From Parcubacteria group bacterium GW2011_GWA2_45_30 (GTDB taxonomy: Bacteria > Patescibacteriota > Minisyncoccia > Sungbacterales > HO2-52-23), in contig LCKU01000002.1 in NCBI GenBank assembly GCA_001001625.1, forward strand, positions 1-32,728: 32,728 bases of DNA, given 5' to 3'. Of the stretch, positions 23,645-30,107 are shown in pieces. The notes under the pieces are model-generated. The model was given only the letters and a program-made list of their open reading frames with translations, was not told where the DNA came from and did not search any database. The position numbers and the translations under genes are program-made. Positions within the stretch are counted from its first letter, which is position 1. The number at the start of each line of letters is the position of its first letter.

Positions 23645-24207
23645 CGTTTTCTACCCAATTTCTTTAACGCCTCTTTTACCCGTTTCTCGGCACTGGCAAT
23701 TTCGCGGGGTACGGTCTGCAATGCCTCCCGGGCCTCACGCTGGGAATAGCCAAGTGAGACCAGTGCCTCCAACGCATCCGCTTCCTCTTTTAATTCGGGC
23801 GCGTCAACCTCAATTCCTTTGCCTGCCATTTTGTCGCGGAGCTCCAAAACAATTTTTTCCGCGGTTTTTTTACCTATACCCGAGACCCGCGTCAAATAAG
23901 AAGTGTCGCCCGCGGCAATGGCTTTTTTGATGGTATCCACCGGCGCGATATTCATAACCCCCAAGGCGCTTTTGGGGCCTATGCCGGAGATGCTATTTAG
24001 CGTTTGAAAAAGGTCAAGCTCGGCGAAATTTAAGAATCCGTACAATTCCAACGCATCTTCACGAACCTGAAGATGAGTCCACATTTTAATTGTGCTCCTT
24101 CGACTTCGCTCAGGATTGACTTCGTCAACTTTTTCTGGTATTTTATTTAAGGTCCCTTCGGAACAAAACACTTTATACCCAACCCCGCCGTCGGTTTTTA
24201 TAACCAC
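23641..24207 (-). CDS. ruvA: Holliday junction DNA helicase subunit RuvA (the real N-terminus probably extends to about 24255)
   Basis: GGVGYKV, THLQVREDALELYGF and the HhH motifs GIGPKSA and GIGKKTAEKI are present. The frame upstream of GTG 24207 stays open and encodes IISFLEGTIEFKGAKF, which matches the canonical RuvA N-terminus but has no ATG, GTG or TTG. Confidence 0.85.
   Translation of the reverse strand: MVIKTDGGVGYKVFCSEGTLNKIPEKVDEVNPERSRRSTIKMWTHLQVREDALELYGFLNFAELDLFQTLNSISGIGPKSALGVMNIAPVDTIKKAIAAGDTSYLTRVSGIGKKTAEKIVLELRDKMAGKGIEVDAPELKEEADALEALVSLGYSQREAREALQTVPREIASAEKRVKEALKKLGRKR
24096..24120 (+). repeat. In-frame copy of the TCCTTCGACTTCGCTCAGGAT repeat inside ruvA
   Basis: 21 of 21 nt identical to 19760-19780. 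On the coding strand it translates as NPERSRRS. Confidence 0.75.
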
Positions 24208-24314
24208 GAATTTAGCGCCTTTGAATTCAATTGTGCCTTCTAAAAATGAGATTATACATTCATAATAGCCCGATTAGAAGAAATAAAAAAGCCGGAGTAA
24301 TTCCAGCTTCCTGA

Positions 24315-24638
24315 TTACGCGCGAACAACAATATTATCAATTACCTGTGCACTGTATTCCCCGTAAAAAGGACTCCCATGAGCACTATTTCCAGGGATAG
24401 TTTCCAGATAATATGTCGGGGCGTGGGTTTCCTTTTGGATGGCGCGAGAAACAATCTGTACCCGGAATACTACACCGTGAACCTCTAACGTAACCACGTC
24501 GCCAACATTATGTCCGAAACAGTACGCGCCCTGATCTTCGCATTCTTTCGTCTTTTTCTGAACCTCCATAACATCGGATGAGGAGAACTGATTCCCACAG
24601 ATTTCGCACGTTCCAAGCGCGATTATCTCTAATTTCAT
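24315..24638 (-). CDS. Hypothetical small protein (107 aa) with an N-terminal CxxC
   Basis: ATG 24638 is preceded by AAGGAAAGG. The longer ORF-track version (to 24902) would overlap uvrB and its own promoter. Confidence 0.5.
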   Translation of the reverse strand: MKLEIIALGTCEICGNQFSSSDVMEVQKKTKECEDQGAYCFGHNVGDVVTLEVHGVVFRVQIVSRAIQKETHAPTYYLETIPGNSAHGSPFYGEYSAQVIDNIVVRA

Positions 24639-24671
24639 GTTTTTATGCCTTTCCTTAAAAATGCTTAAGAA

Positions 24672-24700
24672 AGCGTAGCAAACTATCATAAAAATGTCAA
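24672..24700 (-). promoter_or_regulatory. Promoter of the 107-aa gene: TTGACA-N17-TACGCT with TG-extended -10
   Basis: The minus strand reads TTGACA-TTTTTATGATAGTTTGC-TACGCT. The -35 hexamer overlaps the uvrB ATG on the other strand. Confidence 0.5.
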
Positions 24701-26778
24701 CCTTTCGTCTAATCTCAAAATTCAACCCCACCGGAGACCAACCAGTCGCAATCGAAAAACTTGCGGCGAATTTGGATGCCGGTATACGGCACCAAACGCT
24801 TCTCGGCGTTACCGGCTCGGGAAAAACATTCACCATGGCCAATGTGATTGAACGAGTGCAGAAACCGACTCTTGTAATTTCCCATAATAAAACTCTGGCC
24901 ATGCAGCTTTACCAGGAGTTCAAAGAATTTTTCCCGGAAAACGCGGTGCACTATTTTGTTTCCTATTACGACTACTACCAGCCCGAAGCATATATTCCCC
25001 AAACCGACACCTACATCGAAAAGGACACCAAAATCAATGAAATGATTGACGCCCTGCGCCACGCCGCCACTGCATCACTCCTTACTCGGCGCGACGTAAT
25101 CATTGTCGCCTCGGTTTCCTGCATTTACGGCCTGGGCAGTCCGGAAGAATATCAAAAAGCATCTATTGAATTAAAAATGGGCCAGAAAATTTCTCGCCGC
25201 GAATTGCTTCACAATCTTGTAATGCTCCGATACGCGCGCAACCCCATTGATCCGTGCCAAGGGCATTTCCGTACCAGAGAAAATGCTATAGAAATATATC
25301 TGCCGTCTGGAGAAAATAAAATCGCGGTGGAAATCGAAAAAGGCAGAATCACGAATTTACACGAATCAAAAACAAAAACCAACGAATCGCGAAAACTTAA
25401 TCAATTTAGAGTTTATCCGGCCAAGCACTTCGTAACCCCGCAAAACAGCTTAAATCTTGCTATATCCAATATACGGCAAGAACTAAAAGAACGCCTAGCA
25501 GAGTTAAAAAAACGCGGGAAAGTGCTGGAGGCCGCGCGCCTGCGCCAGCGCACCAATTTTGATCTGGAGATGCTTGAAAAAATCGGATACATGAACGGCA
25601 TTGAAAATTATTCCCGGCAACTGGATTTCCGCAAGTCCGGAACCCCTCCACATACGCTTATTGACTACTTCAATTACGCCTTTCAGCACAGACCGTCCGA
25701 AAACTCTAAACACCGGGTGTTTTTTCGTTCAACACCCGGTGTTGACGGACAGTTTTCGGACGGTCTGTACGTATCAAAATGGCTATGCATAATTGACGAA
25801 TCGCATGTAAGCATTCCCCAAATCCGCGGGATGTATGCCGGAGACCACTCGCGCAAAGAAACTCTGATCGAATACGGGTTCCGTCTGCCCTCGGCGCTTG
25901 ATAACCGACCACTCATGTTTAAAGAATTTAACCAAAAAGTTGAACAAATTATATACGCTTCCGCAACTCCAACTGAATATGAGTTGCAGATGAGTAAACA
26001 GTCATACAGGGATCCGATCCCTGTAACACAGGGATCGGATCCATGTATTGTGGAGCAATTAATAAGGCCCACAGGAATTTTAGACCCCAGGATCGAAGTC
26101 CGACCTACAAAAAATCAGATCCACGCTGTTATAGCCGAGATTAAAAAACGGATTGCCAAAAACGAACGCTCGCTTGTTATGGCGCTAACCAAACGCCTAG
26201 CGGAAGACATTGCAGAATACCTTGAAGAGGCGGGAATAAAAGCCAAATATCTTCATTCGGAAGTAAAAACCCTGGAGAGGCCAGAAACACTAAAAAAACT
26301 CCGCACCGGAGAACATGACGTAATTGTCGGAATCAATCTGCTGCGGGAAGGGCTTGATTTACCCGAAGTTTCTTTTATCGCCATATTGGATGCCGACAAA
26401 GAAGGATTTTTGCGAAACATTACCACGCTTTTACAAATCATAGGCCGCGCCGCGCGGCACATAGACGGGAAAGTAACTCTTTATGCTGATACCATGACCG
26501 GCTCCATGCGCGCGGCAATCAATGAAACAAACCGTCGCCGCAAAATTCAGGAAGATTATAACCGAGCACACGGCATTACACCCGCGCAGATAAAAAAAGA
26601 AATAAGAAAATCGCTTCTGGAAGAAACTGCAGCAAAAGATGAATTTCCTATGCCCGATGGCCCCACAGAAAAAATTGTAAAATCCCTGGAGCGCGAAATG
26701 AAAAAGGCGTCGCGCGAAATGAATTTTGAACTGGCCGCCAAAATACGGGATCGGATAATCAGGCAAACTGATCCATAG
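24694..26778 (+). CDS. uvrB: Excinuclease ABC subunit B (UvrB) with two in-frame palindromic insertions
   Basis: Walker A GVTGSGKTFTMA, the DESHVSIPQIRGMY motif, YGFRLPSALDNRPL, helicase C-terminal motifs and a C-terminal UVR domain (EMKKASREMNFELAAKIRDRI). Confidence 0.9.
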   Translation: MSTFRLISKFNPTGDQPVAIEKLAANLDAGIRHQTLLGVTGSGKTFTMANVIERVQKPTLVISHNKTLAMQLYQEFKEFFPENAVHYFVSYYDYYQPEAYIPQTDTYIEKDTKINEMIDALRHAATASLLTRRDVIIVASVSCIYGLGSPEEYQKASIELKMGQKISRRELLHNLVMLRYARNPIDPCQGHFRTRENAIEIYLPSGENKIAVEIEKGRITNLHESKTKTNESRKLNQFRVYPAKHFVTPQNSLNLAISNIRQELKERLAELKKRGKVLEAARLRQRTNFDLEMLEKIGYMNGIENYSRQLDFRKSGTPPHTLIDYFNYAFQHRPSENSKHRVFFRSTPGVDGQFSDGLYVSKWLCIIDESHVSIPQIRGMYAGDHSRKETLIEYGFRLPSALDNRPLMFKEFNQKVEQIIYASATPTEYELQMSKQSYRDPIPVTQGSDPCIVEQLIRPTGILDPRIEVRPTKNQIHAVIAEIKKRIAKNERSLVMALTKRLAEDIAEYLEEAGIKAKYLHSEVKTLERPETLKKLRTGEHDVIVGINLLREGLDLPEVSFIAILDADKEGFLRNITTLLQIIGRAARHIDGKVTLYADTMTGSMRAAINETNRRRKIQEDYNRAHGITPAQIKKEIRKSLLEETAAKDEFPMPDGPTEKIVKSLEREMKKASREMNFELAAKIRDRIIRQTDP
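25688..25768. repeat. 81-nt double-stem palindromic element inserted in frame in uvrB
   Basis: Perfect 18-bp outer inverted repeat (25688-25705 with 25751-25768) and perfect 13-bp inner inverted repeat (25709-21 with 25731-43). Confidence 0.85.
26010..26042. repeat. 33-nt hairpin (perfect 15-bp stem) inserted in frame in uvrB
   Basis: GGATCCGATCCCTGT (26010-26024), loop AAC, then ACAGGGATCGGATCC (26028-26042). Confidence 0.8.
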
Positions 26779-29047
26779 TTTTCCAGCTTGTGCTTATACG
26801 CGATCGCATATAGAGACCCACGGGCAAGCCCGTGGTACTCCGCACCTTCCAGTAATTTTGCAAAATGCGTATATGCTTTGCAAAATTACTGGGTCTATAT
26901 AATCCCCTTTTCTCCATTTCCTCAAGTTTGCGTTTTAACTCCGGAGCGCAAGAAAGTGCTGGATCTTCACGCGCAAATTCCAACGCGGCCAAGCGCACTT
27001 CGCGCACCAAGACCGGGTCGGTGATTGCAGTAAGAGCCATATCGGACACGCCCCATTGTTCCGTGCCGAACATATTGCCCGGACCGCGGATTTTTAAATC
27101 CTGTTCTGCCAGTTCAAAACCGTTTTTGGCATCCACCACCGCGCGCAAACGACGCGTAACCATCCCGTCTTCGGTAGGAAAAAGGAAACAGTAGGACTGC
27201 TCAATACCTCTTCCGATCCTGCCACGAAACTGGTGCAATTGCGCCAGGCCGAACCGTTCCGCCCCCTCAATCATCATGATAGTGGCATTAGGTATATCCA
27301 CCCCGACTTCCACCACGGACGTTGATACTAGAATATCTATTTCTCCGCTTTTGAATTCTTTCATCACCGCTTCTTTTTCTTTGGATTTTAATTTGCCGTG
27401 AAGCATTCCTATTTTAAATTCCGGAAAAATAATTTCGGAAAGTTTTTTATATTCATCTTTTACCGCCCTCACCTCCCACGAACGAAACGCTGATTCGTTT
27501 ATTCGTTTATTCGCGCCGGATTCGCTATTAGTTAATGGTGGTTCTATACGCGGACATATCACGAAAACTTGTCTTCCTGTTCTTACTTCTGATCGAATAA
27601 GTTGGTATGTCTCATTCCGTTTCCCCGGCTCTATGATTCTCGTAATAACCCGCTTCCGCGATTTGGGCATTTCATCTAGTATGGAAAGATCGAGATCGCC
27701 ATAAATTGTAAGGGCTAGAGTTCGGGGAATTGGAGTTGCAGACATAGATAAGAAATGGGGTAACCAACCCGAATATCCACGAGCCAGGGCCGCACGTTGT
27801 GCAACACCAAATCTATGTTGTTCATCTACTATGACCAGGCCTAAATTTTTGAAGACGACATCTTTTTGTATCAAGGCATGGGTTCCAACGATGATATCAG
27901 ATCCTTCCGCAATTTTTTTAGAAGAAGTAAGTACTCCGATTTTTATATTAAACGATTTAAGAATTTTTTGCAGGGTCTCATAATGCTGATGTGCCAAAAT
28001 TTCCGTCGGTGCCATAAAAACCGTCTTAAATCCGGCTCGCGAGGCAAGTAACGCGGCCGCGGCCGCAACCACGGTCTTGCCGGATCCCACATCTCCTTCC
28101 AGCAGCCGATTCATGGGTTTTGATTTTTCTATGTCTTTTACGATCTCCCAGATAGAACGGCGCTGGGCATCGGTCAGCGCAAACGGCAGGGAATTTACGA
28201 ATTTTTTGAGGAGTTCAAGATCCAGCAGAATTTCCGGCGCTTGGTGCTGTTTTAATTCCGCGCGCGCGTGTAGGGCGCGAAGCTGAATCAAAAGCAATTC
28301 CTCAAACACGAAGCGCCGCCGCGCTTCAACCGGCTCCTTTTTGCTTTGCGGGAAATGAATTATTTTAATCGCGGCCTGTATATCTTGTAAATTATGCTTT
28401 TTTCGCAAATCGGCGGGCAGGGGATCGACAATAAATTTTCGCTGGTCAATAAATGTTTTTACTAAAAAACGGAACCAGCGCGAAGTAAGGCCGCGGGTTT
28501 CCGGATAAATTGCGACCAGTCCTCCAGTATGTATGCCGCCACCATTCGCCATTTGCCATTTGTTATTTGTTATCTTTTCATACGCCGGGCCTTGCAAATA
28601 AATTCCTTTGGGGCCGCGGGCAATTTTCCCGGACAAATTTACCACATCACCAACCCTCAAATTCCTTGCTAAAAACGGCTGGTTAAACCAAATCGCCTTA
28701 AGCGATCCGCTATCATCCGAGATTACCGCCTCCACCAGCGCCATGTGCTTGCGCGCCGTGCGATGCAGAGAAATTTTTTTAATCGCGCCGGATATGGTTA
28801 CCGTATCGCCAATTTTCACATCAGATATTTTTTGTAAATTTGAAAAGTCATCGTAACGCGCAGGAAAATGAAATAAAATATCGCGAATGGTTTTTATCCC
28901 AAGGTGTTTAAGCGCCGGAACAATCCGGCGGCTTATGCGTGGCGCATTTTCAATTGGGGTGTCTAAAAGAGACATGAGATGTCCTATTGAAGTCGGACTT
29001 CGATACTTCTCTTCCAAAGTCGATAAACCCAGAGGATGATTCAACAT
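26759..29047 (-). CDS. recG: ATP-dependent DNA helicase RecG, with in-frame repeat tracts and a C-terminal extension
   Basis: Wedge-domain region, Walker A GDVGSGKT, DEQHRFG, a helicase C domain, and KIRGPGNMFG near the end. ATG 29047 follows TAAAAT-N6, and ATG 28975 is an alternative start. The 3' end overlaps the uvrB 3' end by 20 nt. Confidence 0.85.
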   Translation of the reverse strand: MLNHPLGLSTLEEKYRSPTSIGHLMSLLDTPIENAPRISRRIVPALKHLGIKTIRDILFHFPARYDDFSNLQKISDVKIGDTVTISGAIKKISLHRTARKHMALVEAVISDDSGSLKAIWFNQPFLARNLRVGDVVNLSGKIARGPKGIYLQGPAYEKITNNKWQMANGGGIHTGGLVAIYPETRGLTSRWFRFLVKTFIDQRKFIVDPLPADLRKKHNLQDIQAAIKIIHFPQSKKEPVEARRRFVFEELLLIQLRALHARAELKQHQAPEILLDLELLKKFVNSLPFALTDAQRRSIWEIVKDIEKSKPMNRLLEGDVGSGKTVVAAAAALLASRAGFKTVFMAPTEILAHQHYETLQKILKSFNIKIGVLTSSKKIAEGSDIIVGTHALIQKDVVFKNLGLVIVDEQHRFGVAQRAALARGYSGWLPHFLSMSATPIPRTLALTIYGDLDLSILDEMPKSRKRVITRIIEPGKRNETYQLIRSEVRTGRQVFVICPRIEPPLTNSESGANKRINESAFRSWEVRAVKDEYKKLSEIIFPEFKIGMLHGKLKSKEKEAVMKEFKSGEIDILVSTSVVEVGVDIPNATIMMIEGAERFGLAQLHQFRGRIGRGIEQSYCFLFPTEDGMVTRRLRAVVDAKNGFELAEQDLKIRGPGNMFGTEQWGVSDMALTAITDPVLVREVRLAALEFAREDPALSCAPELKRKLEEMEKRGLYRPSNFAKHIRILQNYWKVRSTTGLPVGLYMRSRISTSWKTMDQFA
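26808..26903. repeat. Composite palindromic element within the recG 3' coding end
   Basis: Perfect 16-bp stem CCAGTAATTTTGCAAA (26849-64) with TTTGCAAAATTACTGG (26877-92), the hairpin CCACGGG-CAAG-CCCGTGG (26818-35), and an imperfect outer pair ATATAGAGACCC/GGGTCTATATAAT. Confidence 0.8.
27493..27525. repeat. CGAAT repeat cluster inserted in frame in recG
   Basis: ATTCG occurs at 27493, 27501, 27509 and 27520 (spacings 8, 8, 11). The reverse complement, GCGAAT-N5-GCGAAT-AA-ACGAAT-AA-ACGAAT, matches the motif and spacing of the intergenic cluster at 4275-4307. Confidence 0.75.
28543..28570. repeat. Four tandem heptamers (CATTCGC CATTTGC CATTTGT TATTTGT) inside recG
   Basis: Read directly from the sequence. 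The coding strand translates them as NNKWQMANG. Confidence 0.8.
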
Positions 29048-29095
29048 TCTCTTATTTTAATGGAGGGGGTTAAGAGTACTTCGATCGCCCCCTAA

Positions 29096-29458
29096 TTACG
29101 AATATAAATTACTATGAGAATCTATAGCAATAAAATAGGCCGTATCAATACCACAAAGTTGATAAATCGCTCGAATATCACCGGTGATGTTTATACTGCG
29201 ACATCCCGCATATTTTCCGTACAAGGCGTGATTATTCAAAAGAGGCAAAAACGGGTCTTGCATAAACATTTTAAACCGCTCATTAAACTTTTCGCGTTCG
29301 CTGGGACGCAAATTTTTATAGCACTTCTTAAAGTTAGCGTGAAAACGCGCTTTCATCCCGTTGCATTTGTAAAACCCGCGATTTTGTCGCAGATTTATAG
29401 CAACAAAATTCAACATTTCTGCGGGTTTGATACGACGCCGAAATGTAACGGGATTCAT
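29096..29458 (-). CDS. Type II toxin, RelE/YafQ-family mRNA interferase-like
   Basis: The C-terminal 86 aa (MKARFHANFKKCYKNL...FMQDPFLPLLNNHALYGKYAGCRSINITGDIRAIY....FIAIDSHSNLY) fit the YafQ/RelE pattern. ATG 29458 directly abuts the antitoxin stop (TAAATG), and ATG 29356 is an alternative start. Confidence 0.65.
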   Translation of the reverse strand: MNPVTFRRRIKPAEMLNFVAINLRQNRGFYKCNGMKARFHANFKKCYKNLRPSEREKFNERFKMFMQDPFLPLLNNHALYGKYAGCRSINITGDIRAIYQLCGIDTAYFIAIDSHSNLYS

Positions 29459-29731
29459 TTACGAATTTAGATGGCGTATAGCATCTACGGCTGAACTGAA
29501 TATTGGTGAGATATTCTTGCCTTTTCTTAAATCTTTTTCGGCGCGCCCCACCAATTCTTCCAAAGCGCTTGTCATCCGCGGAACGGCAGATATATAAACC
29601 TCTCGGCTGCGAATGAACTGCTTCAGATAGGCATTTATCACCGTACTCAAAGGCAGTCCCAAATCTTTGGCTACCCGTTGAGCCATATCTTTTGTTTCTC
29701 TGTCGGCCTTTATATTGATAATCGTCTTCAT
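29459..29731 (-). CDS. Type II antitoxin, RelB/DinJ-family (ribbon-helix-helix)
   Basis: The N-terminus KTIINIKADRETKDMAQRVAKDLGLPLSTVINAYLKQFIR matches the DinJ/RelB pattern, and the gene is immediately upstream of the toxin. Start placed at ATG 29731. Confidence 0.65.
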   Translation of the reverse strand: MKTIINIKADRETKDMAQRVAKDLGLPLSTVINAYLKQFIRSREVYISAVPRMTSALEELVGRAEKDLRKGKNISPIFSSAVDAIRHLNS

Positions 29732-29739
29732 ATCCAAAG

Positions 29740-29767
29740 TATATACAAGGGTTAGAGTTTATGTCAA
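29740..29767 (-). promoter_or_regulatory. Putative promoter of the toxin-antitoxin operon
   Basis: The minus strand reads TTGACA-N16-TATATA, then 8 nt, then ATG. The leader is very short or absent, with no SD. Confidence 0.4.
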
Positions 29768-29788
29768 GCGGAGCCGCACCGATGCCTG

Positions 29789-29898
29789 CCCCGTACCAAT
29801 TCTTGGTATAAATATGGATTTAAGAAGTCGTAAGCCGAAGGCGATGCCGCGGGATAGACTTCCTACTACGATAGAGTTAGTTCGGAATTGGTACGGGG
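29789..29898. other. 110-nt element closed by a perfect 14-bp stem; candidate ncRNA or repeat
   Basis: CCCCGTACCAATTC (29789-29802) pairs with GAATTGGTACGGGG (29885-29898). Inner pairs include GAAGTC/GACTTC and GCC-GAA-GGC. The ORF-track ORF 29715..30002 runs through it but looks spurious. Confidence 0.5.
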
Positions 29899-29939
29899 AC
29901 AATTTCAAGTTTTCGAATGATTTAAGCATAAATCATTCC

Positions 29940-29978
29940 AGTAAATTTTTCAATTTGAAATTGATTGAAAAATTTACT
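29940..29978. repeat. AT-rich perfect 15-bp hairpin
   Basis: AGTAAATTTTTCAAT pairs with ATTGAAAAATTTACT across a 9-nt loop. It is preceded by a 9-bp hairpin, GAATGATTT/AAATCATTC (29915-29938). Confidence 0.75.
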
Positions 29979-30107
29979 TCTTCGGCGGCAAATTATAGAT
30001 AACATCCGGTGAGATTATTTTCAGTTACATTGTGGTTTTTTTCTCTACAAAAAGTGTTGAAAGAATCCTTGTGTCTAAAATGTGATGTCGCGACAAGGAC
30101 ATTCAAA

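Noticed and set aside
24639-24902. Upstream extension of the 24315..24902 ORF
   Set aside because: It overlaps the uvrB coding start and the mapped promoter. The internal ATG 24638 has a strong RBS (AAGGAAAGG).
25361-25398. ACGAAT x3 cluster in uvrB as an in-frame insertion
   Set aside because: The encoded segment (ITNLHESKTKTNESRKLNQ) has the same length as the corresponding E. coli UvrB segment as I recall it. There is therefore no evidence of an insertion, and the repeat-like DNA may be coincidental or a replacement.
29715-30002. 95-aa plus-strand ORF
   Set aside because: It overlaps the antitoxin start and promoter and reads straight through three perfect hairpins. No recognisable protein features.
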